A stretch of DNA of 64,000 bases. Source: an uncultured beta proteobacterium. Lineage in GTDB: Bacteria > Pseudomonadota > Gammaproteobacteria > Burkholderiales > SG8-39. Made by a program: the position numbers and the translations under genes. The notes under the pieces are model-generated. The model was not told the DNA's origin. It saw only the letters and a program-made list of their open reading frames with translations, and searched no databases. This document shows positions 44,190 to 54,366 of the stretch, piece by piece (within the stretch, counting starts at the first letter, position 1; every line of letters begins with the position of its first letter). Location of the stretch: assembly GCA_963811085.1 (NCBI GenBank), contig CAWEPV010000013.1, positions 987,304-1,051,303 on the forward strand, given 5' to 3'.

Positions 44190-44936
44190 ATGGGCGAATC
44201 CCTGGACGGAAAGGTGGCGCTGGTCACCGGCGGCGCGAAGCGCGTCGGCGAGGCGATCGTGCGCCGGCTGCACGCCGCGGGCGCGCGAGTGGCGCTGCAC
44301 TACCGCGAATCGGAGGCCGACGCGGCGCGGCTCGAGGCCGAGCTGTCGGCGCTGCGCCCGGGCAGCGCGGCCCGCGTGCGGCGCGACCTGCTCGAACCGA
44401 ACGCCGCCGAGGCGCTGGTGGCGGCGGCGGTGGAGCGCTTCGGGCGGCTCGACCTGGTGGTAAACAACGCCTCGATCTTCTACCCCGGCGGGATAGGCAG
44501 GATCGAGCCGCGGCACTGGGACGAGCTCGTGGGCTCGAACCTGCGTGCGCCGCTGTTCGTTTCGCAGGCGGCGGCGCCGCACCTGAAGCAGGCGCGCGGC
44601 GCGATCGTCAATATCACCGATATCCATGCCGAGCGCCCGCTGAAGGGCTTTCCGGTCTACAGCGTCGCCAAGGCCGGGCTGGCGGCGCTCACCCGCTCGC
44701 TCGCTCTCGAGTTGGCGCCGGAGGTGCGGGTCAACGCGGTCGCACCGGGCGCCATCGCCTGGCCGGAGGAGGGCAAGTTCGACCACGCTGAGCGAGAGCG
44801 CATTGTCGCCACCACTCCGCTCAAGCGGATCGGCAGCCCGGACGACATCGCCCAGGCGGTGCATTTCCTCGCTACGGCGCTGTTCGTGACCGGCCAGACG
44901 GTGGCGGTCGACGGCGGGCGCTCGGTATTCCTGTGA
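44190..44936 (+). CDS. Pteridine reductase / SDR-family oxidoreductase (PTR1/FolM-like)
   Basis: 248 aa; [15 protein letters not shown] TGxxxRxG motif and YSVAKAGL catalytic Y-x3-K. Confidence 0.75.
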   Translation: MGESLDGKVALVTGGAKRVGEAIVRRLHAAGARVALHYRESEADAARLEAELSALRPGSAARVRRDLLEPNAAEALVAAAVERFGRLDLVVNNASIFYPGGIGRIEPRHWDELVGSNLRAPLFVSQAAAPHLKQARGAIVNITDIHAERPLKGFPVYSVAKAGLAALTRSLALELAPEVRVNAVAPGAIAWPEEGKFDHAERERIVATTPLKRIGSPDDIAQAVHFLATALFVTGQTVAVDGGRSVFL

Positions 44937-45796
44937 CCGACCCGCGCAAAGCGAAGTACGAAGGCAACAAGCTCGCCAAGCGCCTGCGCCGCCAGGCGGG
45001 CGAGGCGATCGCCGACTTCGGCATGATCGAGGCGGGCGACCGGATCATGGTGTGCCTGTCGGGCGGCAAGGACAGCTACGGGCTGCTCGACGTGCTGCTC
45101 GCGCTGCGCGACAAGGCGCCGGTCGAGTTTGAACTGGTGGCGGTCAACCTGGACCAGAAGCAGCCCGGGTTTCCGGCGCGCGTGCTGCCCGAGTACCTGG
45201 CGGCGCGCGGCGTACCGTTCCGGATCGTCGAGCAGGACACCTACTCGGTGGTGAAGCGGCTGATCCCGGAGGGCCGCACGATGTGCTCGCTGTGCTCGCG
45301 GCTGCGGCGCGGCGCGCTGTATCGCGTGGCCGGTGAACTCGGCGCGACCAAGATCGCGCTCGGCCACCACCGCGACGACATCCTCGCAACTTTCTTTCTC
45401 AACCTGTTCTACGGCGGCAAGCTCAAGGCCATGCCGGCCAAGCTCGTTTCCGACGACGGGCGCCACGTCGTCATCCGGCCGCTGGCTTATGTCAGGGAAG
45501 ACGACCTCGCCGCCCACGCTGTCGCGCAGGACTTTCCGATAATTCCCTGTGTCCTGTGCGGCTCGCAGGAAAACCTGCAGCGGAAAGTCGTCCGCGGCAT
45601 GCTTTCCGAGTGGGAACAACGCTATCCGGGGCGCGTTGAATCCATTCTGCGCGCGCTGTCCGACGTGCGCCCTTCGCATCTTCTGGATCGCAAGCTGTTC
45701 GACTTCGTCGGACTGCGGGCTAAAGGAATCGCCGATCCTGACGGCGACACTGCTTTCGATCCGCAGTCACTCGAGCCGCTATTCAGCGACGCCTGA
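44933..45796 (+). CDS. ttcA: tRNA 2-thiocytidine(32) synthetase
   Basis: 287 aa; PP-loop CLSGGKDS and the CxxC cluster cysteines of TtcA. Confidence 0.9.
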   Translation: MTDPRKAKYEGNKLAKRLRRQAGEAIADFGMIEAGDRIMVCLSGGKDSYGLLDVLLALRDKAPVEFELVAVNLDQKQPGFPARVLPEYLAARGVPFRIVEQDTYSVVKRLIPEGRTMCSLCSRLRRGALYRVAGELGATKIALGHHRDDILATFFLNLFYGGKLKAMPAKLVSDDGRHVVIRPLAYVREDDLAAHAVAQDFPIIPCVLCGSQENLQRKVVRGMLSEWEQRYPGRVESILRALSDVRPSHLLDRKLFDFVGLRAKGIADPDGDTAFDPQSLEPLFSDA

Positions 45797-46009
45797 GACC
45801 GACATTCTGTAGGCTGCGAGAACTTGATCTAGCGCAAGGCAGTGACTAGTTCACGCGGCGTACTTGATCGCGCGTGTTATAGATTGCAAAAAAAGGCAGG
45901 TTAGCCGCTACAAGGCCTTGACGAGCTGCGGATTGAAAGGACGCGGCACGGTGATCGGTGATATGCGGCGGGCGCTCAATTGTTCTCAATCGACAGAGGG
46001 AGGTTGCAA

Positions 46010-46783
46010 ATGAAAGTGCACTATGGGGTGGACGTCGTCAACGATAGTCCTGTGCTGCGGCCGGTCGCGGTGCAGGTGCCCGATGAAACGGCTGCGGTCG
46101 AGCAGCTCCCGTTCACGGTAACGATCGCGCGCAGCGACGAGCAGCTGCGCAAGGCCGTGACGATGCGGCACGCGGCCTATGCGCGCCACGTGCCCGCGTT
46201 CGCAGAACGCATGAAGGTCCCGGAACGCTGCGACCTGGAGGACGGCGTGGTGGTCCTGCTGGCGGAATCCAAGCTCGACGGCTCTCCCCTGGGAACGATG
46301 CGCATCGAGACCAACCGCTACCGGCCGCTCGCGCTCGAGCAGTCGGTGGAGCTGCCCGACTGGCTGCAGGGCTGCAGCCTTGCCGGGGCGAGCCGGTTGG
46401 GAGTGGGTTTGGGTCGGATCGGACGCGTGGTGAAGACCGCGCTGTTCAAGGCGTATTTTTCCTATTGCGAGCAGATCGACATCGACTGGATGGTGATCGC
46501 AGCGAGAGCGCCCCTGGACCGGCAGTACGAGGCACTCTTGTTCCGGGATGTCTTCCCGGAACAGGGGTTCATTCCGCTAAGCCACGCGAGCAACATCCCA
46601 CACCGGGTCTTGGCGTTCGAGGTGGAAACCGCGGAAGAACGCTGGTCTGACGCCCATCACCCGCTGTTCAATTTCTTTCGCCGCACTCATCATCCGGATC
46701 TCGATTTGGCACGTGAAACACCCTTCTACGATGCTGTCATGCGGCCCGGAATGCCGGTCTACAGCGCGGAAGGCGCGCAGTGA
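46010..46783 (+). CDS. GNAT-fold N-acyltransferase of the autoinducer-synthase-like / N-acyl amino acid synthase type
   Basis: ATG at 46010 preceded by AGAGGGAGG. 257 aa resembling the exosortase-associated N-acyl amino acid synthase / LuxI-like family (the call is by family recall and is not verified). Confidence 0.55.
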   Translation: MKVHYGVDVVNDSPVLRPVAVQVPDETAAVEQLPFTVTIARSDEQLRKAVTMRHAAYARHVPAFAERMKVPERCDLEDGVVVLLAESKLDGSPLGTMRIETNRYRPLALEQSVELPDWLQGCSLAGASRLGVGLGRIGRVVKTALFKAYFSYCEQIDIDWMVIAARAPLDRQYEALLFRDVFPEQGFIPLSHASNIPHRVLAFEVETAEERWSDAHHPLFNFFRRTHHPDLDLARETPFYDAVMRPGMPVYSAEGAQ

Positions 46784-46883
46784 GGTAGGCAGGGCGACGC
46801 GCGCCCGGTGCGCGCCGCCTAACGAAGATGTAGCTGCCGTGCCATCCATCACGGTCATTAGCCATGCACACGGATAGAATGCG

Positions 46884-49800
46884 TTGTGGTGGCAAAGAGG
46901 GGTGGCCGTGGGACCGGCGGGTGGCAGCGCAGTAAACTGGAGCAATCGCGCGCAAGCGGCGCTCGAGGCGTTTCTCTACGGCTTCGGCGTCTACGTGATA
47001 CCCGCGGCCATCGGCCTCGTCACGCTCGTCGCGTTTGCGGTCTGGAAGCCTCAGTACGAATTGGCCGGCGCCACGCCGGTGAACATCAGCGTGCTGCGGC
47101 AGGACGCTGCCGGGCTCGAGCCTGCTCAAGCGCTGCAAGCGCTGCGCGATGCCGCTGCGGTGCCGTATCGCGACACGCACCGATCCGAGGCGCCGTTCTG
47201 GTTCAGTTTCGAGGCTTCCCCAAGCAACGGCGATGAGCCCGCTGAAGTCGAGCTTCCGTCACGGCATGCCGTCGAGGCCACCTGCTGGGATGCCGGCAAC
47301 CTGAAGCGTCTCGGCAGCGCCAGTCGCGCCGAGTCCTCGGGCCGAATGAAGATGGTAAAGGCAGGGTTTGCGCTGCGGCTTGGCCAGCTCCAGTCGGCGA
47401 CCAAGATATTGTGTCGTTCGACGTTTTCCGGCCCGGCGCGGATTTCTGTCGTGCAGTGGCCGGAGGATCAGCTTGAAGCTTCGGCTCAGCGGTTTACTCG
47501 CGATTCCGGCGTGCTTGAGGGCGGCCTATTGATGCTCAGCGCATTCGTCCTCGTGACCGCACTCATCAACCGCGAATGGTTGTACGTGCTGTTCGCGGCG
47601 TGGCTCTTCGTGGCTCTGCGAATGGCGGCAATTTCGGCCGGCTGGGATACGAATTGGTTCGATCGGGTGGTGCCGGCAGACTGGATCTTCTTGCTGCGCA
47701 AACTGGCCGCGGCCGTCTCCTACACACTCACCTTGGTCTTGTTCAGCCGGCTCTTCGCGGAAGACCTTAGGCGGGTGGGCTATTCGCTCCTGCTTCGTAT
47801 CTTGCAATGGTCGTGTCCGCCGCTGCTGCTGGCTGCATTCGCGCTTCCTTTCGCGCAATGGCTTCCCTTTCTGTGGCTGTCGACAGCGTTCGGCATTGCC
47901 GGGCTCGTGTTCTTCCTGGTGCGCATCCTCCTGGTCACGCGCTCCAGGGTCGCCATGTGGTACAGCGCCTCGCTGGCAATCACGCTTTCGGCGAGCTTGT
48001 ACGAGGTCGTCGCCGCAGCACTGGGCGTGAAGGAGCTGATCGGCACGGTGAACAGCGTCACGGCTGCGCTTTCCTCGAGTTTGATGGTGGCGCTGGCCAT
48101 CGCCGAACATATGCGCGAGGAGCACCAGCAGCGAGTGAAGGTGGAAGCCGAGCTGCGCGACACCTACGAAGCGATCCCGATCGGGCTGTTCACGCTCGAT
48201 CGCAACGGTCTTTTCGAGCGCGTCAACCCGGCGCTGACGCAGATGCTCGGCGTTGATCTTTCGCGCGGTCGGCGCGAACACTGGAGCGACCATTTCGAGC
48301 ACGGCGCCTGGCGCAGGCTGCAGGAAGTCGCTCGGCGCGGCGCGGCGCAGGAGATGGAGATCGCCGGCTACGCGGGCGAAAGCGGCGAATCCAAGCGCTT
48401 CCTGGTCAAGGCGAGCCTTAGCGCGGACAAGGTCGAGGGCTCGCTGCAGGACGTCACCGAGAAGTCGAAAGCGGACGAACAGCTGCGCTTCCTCGCCGAC
48501 CATGATCCACTGACCGGCGTGCTCAACCGGCGCGGGATAGAGGCCTTGCTGGAGCGCGCGGTCGCGCAGCTCGGCGAGTCGCACCCCGTGGCGCTCGCCT
48601 ATCTCGACCTCGACCGCTTCAAGCTGATCAACGATCTGTTCGGACACCTCGCGGGCGACGAAGTGCTGCGCCAGGTCTGTCGCCGGGTGCGCGAGCTGCT
48701 GCCCGAAAACCACCACGTAGGGCGCGTCGGGGGCGACGAGTTCGTCGTGGTGTTCGACCGCAGCACGGTCGACGAGGCGGCGGCGCTATGCCGCCGGATC
48801 ATCGACCGGATCGAGACCTCGAGTTATCAGACGGGCGACAAGGCGTTCCAGGTGAAGGGCTCGATCGGCCTGATCGAGCTGGCCGACGGCGTACTGGTGA
48901 AAGACGCCATTTACATGGCCGACCGCGCCTGCCGTGCGGCGAAAAGGCGCAGCGGCGACGGGCTGGTGACCTACGACAAGACCGCACCCGAATTCGGCGA
49001 GCGCGCGCGGGAGTTGCGCCTGGTCGAACACCTGGGCGCCGGAGTGGTGCCGGACGGGCTGTTTCTGGTCATGCAGCCGATCATGTCGCTCCGCGAGCCG
49101 TACCAGTCGCACAATTTCGAGGTGCTGCTGCGCTTGCGCGAAACCGACGGCAGCATCACGCCGGCCGGCAAGATCATCGAGGCGGCAGAGAACAACGGCC
49201 GCGCGGCGGTGATCGACCGCTGGGTCCTGCTGCAGACACTGGAGTGGCTCGAGCAGCATCTTGCCCGGCTGTCCAACACGCGCTTCGTGTGCATGAACCT
49301 GAGCGGCGCGTCGCTGAACGACGAGAAGTTCACGCACGACGCGTTCTCTATGCTGGCGCGCCACCGGCGCGGCGCGCAGCGCCTGTGCATCGAGATCACC
49401 GAAAGCGTCGCGCTGCAGGACATGGAGACCACTCGCCGCTTCATCGACACGGTGCGCGGATTCGGCGCGAAAATCGCGCTGGACGATTTCGGCGCCGGCT
49501 ACACGTCGTTCTCCTACCTAAAGGAGCTGCCGGCGGACGCGGTCAAAATCGACGGCAGCTTCGTCACCGCGATCACCACCCATCCGGCTAATTTGTCTAT
49601 CGTCGAGGCGATCGTCGAGCTGGCGCGCAATCTCGGCATGCAGAGCATCGCCGAATGGGCCGAGGACCGCGCGACGGTCGAGGCGCTATGGCGTGTCGGG
49701 GTCGACTACGTCCAGGGCTACGCCATTTCGCGGCCGCTCGACCCCGCCGCGATCCTGGGCGCGGACTGCTCGCCAAGTTTCATTCAGGATCCTGACGTCG

Positions 49801-49889
49801 CGCAATTCGTGCGCGGGGCGCTCGCGCCCGCGCGCAGCCTCGAATTGTGGGACCCGCTCGACGACCCGTCCTCGATAGGGCTACATTAG
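46884..49889 (+). CDS. 7TMR-DISM (DISMED2 + 7TM) - PAS - GGDEF - EAL membrane sensor (c-di-GMP turnover)
   Basis: 1001 aa: N-terminal TM plus extracytoplasmic domain, seven hydrophobic helices, PAS, a GGDEF domain with RVGGDEF, and an EAL domain with ...[15 protein letters not shown]. Confidence 0.85.
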   Translation: MWWQRGVAVGPAGGSAVNWSNRAQAALEAFLYGFGVYVIPAAIGLVTLVAFAVWKPQYELAGATPVNISVLRQDAAGLEPAQALQALRDAAAVPYRDTHRSEAPFWFSFEASPSNGDEPAEVELPSRHAVEATCWDAGNLKRLGSASRAESSGRMKMVKAGFALRLGQLQSATKILCRSTFSGPARISVVQWPEDQLEASAQRFTRDSGVLEGGLLMLSAFVLVTALINREWLYVLFAAWLFVALRMAAISAGWDTNWFDRVVPADWIFLLRKLAAAVSYTLTLVLFSRLFAEDLRRVGYSLLLRILQWSCPPLLLAAFALPFAQWLPFLWLSTAFGIAGLVFFLVRILLVTRSRVAMWYSASLAITLSASLYEVVAAALGVKELIGTVNSVTAALSSSLMVALAIAEHMREEHQQRVKVEAELRDTYEAIPIGLFTLDRNGLFERVNPALTQMLGVDLSRGRREHWSDHFEHGAWRRLQEVARRGAAQEMEIAGYAGESGESKRFLVKASLSADKVEGSLQDVTEKSKADEQLRFLADHDPLTGVLNRRGIEALLERAVAQLGESHPVALAYLDLDRFKLINDLFGHLAGDEVLRQVCRRVRELLPENHHVGRVGGDEFVVVFDRSTVDEAAALCRRIIDRIETSSYQTGDKAFQVKGSIGLIELADGVLVKDAIYMADRACRAAKRRSGDGLVTYDKTAPEFGERARELRLVEHLGAGVVPDGLFLVMQPIMSLREPYQSHNFEVLLRLRETDGSITPAGKIIEAAENNGRAAVIDRWVLLQTLEWLEQHLARLSNTRFVCMNLSGASLNDEKFTHDAFSMLARHRRGAQRLCIEITESVALQDMETTRRFIDTVRGFGAKIALDDFGAGYTSFSYLKELPADAVKIDGSFVTAITTHPANLSIVEAIVELARNLGMQSIAEWAEDRATVEALWRVGVDYVQGYAISRPLDPAAILGADCSPSFIQDPDVAQFVRGALAPARSLELWDPLDDPSSIGLH

Positions 49890-49905
49890 CCCGCTTTCGA
49901 GTCGG

Positions 49906-50739
49906 TTGCGCGCGATGAAGAGGACGGTCCTCGAGCTGAGGCAGTCGAAGGGCGGGCGCCTGGTGATGCTTACCGCCTATGATTTCCCCGGCGCCAGGCT
50001 CGCGTCGGAGGCCGGCGTGGACCTTATCCTGGTGGGCGATTCGCTCGGCATGGTGGTGCTGGGCTACGAATCGACCGTGCCGGTGACCATGGAAGACATG
50101 TTGCACCACGCCAAGGCCGCGCGGCGCGGCGCGCCCGACACCTTCCTCGTCGCCGACATGCCGTTCATGTCCTACGCGAGCGGCGAGCAGGCGCTCGCAA
50201 ATGCCGCGCGCCTGATGAAGGAGGCGGGGGCCGATTCGGTCAAGCTCGAGGGCGGCCTGGACGCCGTGCCAGCGGCCGAGGCGTTGGTGCGGGCGGGTGT
50301 TCCGGTGCTGGGACACATCGGCCTGACCCCGCAGACGGCGTCGGCGCTGGGCGGCTACAAACTTCAGGGCCGCGACGAGGCCGGCGCCCGCCGGCTGCTC
50401 GAGGAGGCCTCCGCGCTCGAGCGGGCGGGCTGCTGGGGCGTGGTGCTCGAGATGGTTCCGGCGCCGCTCGCGCGCGCGATCACGCAGTCGATCGGGGTGC
50501 CCACCATCGGCATCGGCGCCGGCCCCGACTGCGACGGCCAGGTGCTGGTGTTCCACGACCTGGTCGGCCTGTTCTCCGGCTTTGCGCCGAAATTCGCCAA
50601 GCGCTACGCGGAAGCGGGCGCGCTGATCCGCGAGGCGATCGCGCGTTACGCAGCCGAAGTGCGCGCCGGCACTTTTCCCGACGCGGCGCACAGCTTCGGC
50701 ATGAGCGACGAGGTGCTGAAGCGGGTCTATGGCGGCTGA
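49906..50739 (+). CDS. panB: 3-Methyl-2-oxobutanoate hydroxymethyltransferase
   Basis: 277 aa; [33 protein letters not shown] signature. Confidence 0.9.
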   Translation: MRAMKRTVLELRQSKGGRLVMLTAYDFPGARLASEAGVDLILVGDSLGMVVLGYESTVPVTMEDMLHHAKAARRGAPDTFLVADMPFMSYASGEQALANAARLMKEAGADSVKLEGGLDAVPAAEALVRAGVPVLGHIGLTPQTASALGGYKLQGRDEAGARRLLEEASALERAGCWGVVLEMVPAPLARAITQSIGVPTIGIGAGPDCDGQVLVFHDLVGLFSGFAPKFAKRYAEAGALIREAIARYAAEVRAGTFPDAAHSFGMSDEVLKRVYGG

Positions 50740-52528
50740 GCGCCGCGCAGGCGAGGCGCTCGCGCTGCTGCGCCGGACCTTCGGCCACACGGAATTCCGC
50801 GGCGCGCAGGAAGACATCGTCGCGCACCTCGCCGCCGGCGGCGACGCGCTGGTGCTGATGCCGACCGGCGGCGGCAAGTCGCTTTGCTACCAGGTGCCCT
50901 CGCTGCTTCGCCCTGGCACCGGGGTCGTGGTTTCGCCGCTCATCGCCCTGATGCAGGACCAGGTGGCGGCGCTCAGGCAGCTGGGGGTGCGCGCGGCGTT
51001 CCTCAACTCGACCCAGGATGCGGCTGCGGCGCGAGAGGTCGAGCGCGCGCTGGTCGCAGGCGAGCTCGACTTGCTGTACGTCGCACCCGAGCGAGCGCTC
51101 ACGCCGCGCTGCCTCGAGCTGCTCGGGCGCAGCCGCATCGCCCTGTTCGCGATCGACGAGGCACACTGCGTGTCGCAGTGGGGGCACGATTTCCGTCCCG
51201 AGTACCTGCAGCTCTCGCTGCTGCACGAGCGCTTCCCGCAAGTCCCGCGCATCGCGCTCACCGCCACTGCCGACCCGCAGACGCGCGCCGAGATCGTCGC
51301 GCGCCTCGCGCTCGGGCAGGCACGGGTTTTCGTGTCGAGCTTCGACCGGCCCAATATTCGCTACGCAATCGTCGACAAGGTCGATCCGCGCGCGCAGCTG
51401 CTGGCGTTCATCCGCGAGGAGCACCCGGGCGAGGCCGGCATCGTGTACTGTCTCTCGCGGCGCAAGGTGGATGAGACCGCGGCCTGGCTCGCGACCCAGG
51501 GCCTTGCCGCGCTGCCCTATCACGCGGGCATGGCGGCCTCCGCGCGCACCGAGCACCAGGCGCGCTTCCAGCGCGAGGACGGAATCATCATGGTGGCGAC
51601 GATCGCCTTCGGCATGGGGATCGACAAGCCCGACGTGCGCTTCGTCGCCCACCTCGATCTGCCCAAGAGCATCGAGGGCTATTACCAGGAGACCGGGCGC
51701 GCCGGCCGCGACGGGCTGCCCGCGGACGCCTGGATGGCCTACGGCCTGGCCGATGTGGTGCAGCAGCGCCGGCTGATCGACCTGTCGGAGGCGAGCGAGG
51801 ACTACAAGCGGGTCTCCGGCGCCAAGCTCGACTCGCTGCTCGGGCTGTGCGAGACCGCCGGCTGCCGCCGGGTGCGCCTCTTGGCCTACTTCGGCGAGAC
51901 GAGCGGGCCCTGCGGCAACTGCGACACTTGCCTCGAACCGCCGCAGACCTGGGACGCGACCGACGCCGCGCGAAAGGCGCTGTCGGCGATCTACCGCACC
52001 GGACAGCGCTTCGGCGCGGTGCATCTGATCGACGTGCTGCGCGGCAAGCGCAACGAGCGCGTCGAACGCTGGGGGCACGAGGCGCTGGGCGTGTTTGGCG
52101 TCGGCGCGGAGCTCGACGAAGCAGCCTGGCGCAGCGTATTCCGGCAGCTCGTCGCCCTCGGCCTGGCGCGGGTCGACCACGACGCCCACGGCGCGCTCAG
52201 GCTGACCGAGGCGAGCCGGGCAGTGCTCAAGGGCGAGCAGGCGGTGCAGATGCGGCGCGTGGTGCCGCGCGCGGTGCGCCGCCCCCGCCGCGCCGCGCCG
52301 AGCGACGTCGCCCCGGCCGACGCGGGGCTGCTGCAGGTGCTCAAGGCCTGGCGGCGCGATGAAGCGCGCAGCCAGGGCGTGCCGGCGTACGTGATCCTGC
52401 ACGACAGCACCCTGGCCGAGATCGCCCGCGCGCGGCCGCGCGACCTCACCGCGCTCGCCGGCCTGGGTGGCATCGGCGCGAAGAAGCTCGAGCGCTACGG
52501 CGACGCGCTGCTGCACTTGATCAACTAG
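50729..52528 (+). CDS. recQ: ATP-dependent DNA helicase RecQ
   Basis: 599 aa; [23 protein letters not shown] Walker A, DEAH box, RQC and HRDC regions. Confidence 0.9.
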   Translation: MAAERRAGEALALLRRTFGHTEFRGAQEDIVAHLAAGGDALVLMPTGGGKSLCYQVPSLLRPGTGVVVSPLIALMQDQVAALRQLGVRAAFLNSTQDAAAAREVERALVAGELDLLYVAPERALTPRCLELLGRSRIALFAIDEAHCVSQWGHDFRPEYLQLSLLHERFPQVPRIALTATADPQTRAEIVARLALGQARVFVSSFDRPNIRYAIVDKVDPRAQLLAFIREEHPGEAGIVYCLSRRKVDETAAWLATQGLAALPYHAGMAASARTEHQARFQREDGIIMVATIAFGMGIDKPDVRFVAHLDLPKSIEGYYQETGRAGRDGLPADAWMAYGLADVVQQRRLIDLSEASEDYKRVSGAKLDSLLGLCETAGCRRVRLLAYFGETSGPCGNCDTCLEPPQTWDATDAARKALSAIYRTGQRFGAVHLIDVLRGKRNERVERWGHEALGVFGVGAELDEAAWRSVFRQLVALGLARVDHDAHGALRLTEASRAVLKGEQAVQMRRVVPRAVRRPRRAAPSDVAPADAGLLQVLKAWRRDEARSQGVPAYVILHDSTLAEIARARPRDLTALAGLGGIGAKKLERYGDALLHLIN

Positions 52529-52532
52529 GGCT

Positions 52533-52560
52533 TGTCAAAGTAGTTTTGACAGCCTAGAAT
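52533..52560 (+). promoter_or_regulatory. Sigma70-type promoter TTGTCA-17-TAGAAT with an embedded perfect palindrome TGTCAAA-gtag-TTTGACA (operator candidate)
   Basis: -35 at 52533-52538 and -10 at 52555-52560. An 18-bp inverted repeat at 52534-52551 spans the spacer. The RBS AGGTAGAAG and the ATG at 52579 follow. Confidence 0.5.
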
Positions 52561-52578
52561 TTGGTTCAGGTAGAAGCC

Positions 52579-52839
52579 ATGAACTGCGCGGAGCAACTCG
52601 TCGTCCTATTCGGTAGCCAGGCCGACGTCGCGCGCGCATTCCAACTCGATCGCGCGGTGGTCAACAACTGGGTCAAGTCGGGCTACGTCCCGGCGCGCTG
52701 GGCGACAGAGGTCGAACGCGTGACCCAGGGCCGCATCACCGCGGTCGAAATCCTTACCGAGGCGAGCGCCAAGAAGCCGGTGCGCGTGAAATCGCGCCCC
52801 GACGACGCATCGTTCGGCATCCTGTCGGAGACTGAGCCC
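52579..52839 (+). CDS. Cro/CI-type HTH module (YdaS/DUF1019-like) reading through, without a stop codon, into the downstream aminotransferase frame
   Basis: MNCAEQLVVLFGSQADVARAFQLDRAVVNNWVKSGYVPARWATEVERVTQGRITAVEIL matches the YdaS-type Cro-like pattern (GSQ..LA..LGV...V..W...G.IP..R...IE..T.G). No in-frame stop was found before the ATG at 52840. Confidence 0.45.
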
Positions 52840-54079
52840 ATGAATACCTACGCACCGTCCAAGCGCATCCATTCGTTCCATCCGCCGCAGCGCACGCTGA
52901 TGGGCCCGGGGCCGACCGAGATTCACCCGCGCGTGCTCACCACCATGAGCCAGCCGGCGATCGGCTACCTCGACCCGATCTTCGTCGAGATGATGGAGGA
53001 GCTGAAGTCGCTGCTGCGCTACGTCTACCAGACCAAGAACCCGCTTACCTTCCCGATCTCGGGCCCGGGCTCGGTCGGGATGGAGTACTGCTTCGTCAAC
53101 CTGGTCGCGCCGGGAGACAAGGTGATCGTGTGCATCAACGGCGTGTTCGGCGGCCGCATGCTCGAGAACGTCATCCGCTGCGGCGGCGTTCCGGTGGTGG
53201 TCGAGGACAGGTGGGGCGAACCGGTCGATCCGCACAAGGTCGAGGATGCGCTGAAGAAGAACAAGGACGCCAAGATCGTCGCCTTCGTGCACGCCGAGAC
53301 CTCGACCGGCTGCCAGTCGGACGCGCAGGAGATCGCCCAGTGTCGCGCACAAGCACGGCGCGCTGGTCATCGTCGACGCGGTCACCTCGCTCGGCGGCAC
53401 GCCGGTGCGGGTCGACGAGTGGGAAATCGACGCGATCTATTCGGCCAGCCAGAAATGCCTGTCGTGCACGCCCGGCCTGTCGCCGGTGTCGTTCTCCGAG
53501 CGCGTGGTCGAACGCGTCAAGGCGCGCAAGGACAAGATCCACAGCTGGTTCATGGACATGAATTTGCTGCTGGGCTACTGGGGCGCCACCACCCGCACCT
53601 ACCACCACACAGCGCCCACCAATTCGCTGTTCGCGCTGCACGAGGCGCTGCTGCTGATCCGCGAGGAGGGGCTCGAGAACAGCTGGGCGCGCCACCACCG
53701 CCACCACGTCGCGCTCAAGTCGGGGCTCGAGGCGATGGGGCTGAAATTCCTGGTCAAAGAGGAATACCAGCTGCCGCAGATGAACGCGGTGCTGTGCCCG
53801 GAGGGCGTGAACGAGGCCGACGTGAGGAAGACCCTGCTGGGCGAATTCGGCATCGAGATCGGCGCCGGGCTCGGGCCGCTCGCGGGCAAGATCTGGCGCT
53901 TCGGCCTGATGGGCTACTCGTGCCGGCCGGACAACGTGATGCTGTGCCTGTCGGCGCTAGGCTCGGTGCTCGAGGACATGGGCCTGCCGGTGCACGTCGG
54001 CGACGCGGAAGCCGCGGCGCACGGCGCCTACGCCAGAATGCACGCGAGCGACGCGCAGCGCAAGAAACGCGCCGCCTGA
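52840..54079 (+). pseudogene. Alanine-glyoxylate / serine-pyruvate aminotransferase (class V, AGXT-like), disrupted by a frameshift near 53340-53350
   Basis: The N-part in frame 1 (MNTYAPSKRIHSFHPPQRTLMGPGPTEIHPRVL...HAETSTGCQSDAQEIAQ) and the C-part in frame 2 (HKHGALVIVDAVTSLGGTPVRVDEWEIDAIYSASQKCL...) each align along AGXT. The junction lies at cagtgtcgcgcacaagcacggc. Confidence 0.8.
54010..54078 (+). repeat. Copy A of a ~70-bp imperfect direct repeat (last 22 codons of the aminotransferase)
   Basis: gccgcggcgcacggcgcctacgccagaatgcacgcgagcgacgcgcagcgcaagaaacgcgccgcc recurs at 60325-60395 with a few substitutions (both encode AAHGAYA.MHASDAQRKKRAA). Confidence 0.6.
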
Positions 54080-54083
54080 GGGC

Positions 54084-54260
54084 CTAAAGCCCCGGGCGCT
54101 GCCAGATGGTGCTCGTCGGGCCGGCCTGGTTGAGCGTGTAGAAGTGCAGCCCGGTGCGCCGCCGCTGAGCAGGCGGTCGCACAGCTCGGTGACGACGTCG
54201 AGGCCGAAGGCGCGCATCGATGCGCTGTCGTCGCGGAAGCTCTCGAGCTTGAAGCGCATC
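54084..54260 (-). pseudogene. metF: 3'-terminal fragment of a methylenetetrahydrofolate reductase (metF) gene, itself frameshifted
   Basis: Minus-strand pieces IPRWMRFKLESFRDDSASMRAFGLDVVTELCDRLLSGG and GLHFYTLNQAGPTSTIWQRPGL* match the MetF C-terminus (IPAWM...; DFHFYTLNRAE...GL*). No upstream MetF body is present. Confidence 0.7.
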
Positions 54261-54366
54261 CAGCGCGGGATCTCGGCGCCGCGGGCGCGCTGGAGTCGTG
54301 CACGTCAATGCAGTACAGTGTCTGCCGTCTCGGGCGACACATCGGGCCGGATAAGCGCCAGCAAGC

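Noticed and set aside
52561-54087. Single 508-aa ORF
   Set aside because: Its 3' half beyond ~53345 is the wrong frame of the aminotransferase (PR/GR-rich text). The true C-terminus is in the 53405..54079 frame, so the locus is called as HTH module plus a frameshifted pseudogene.
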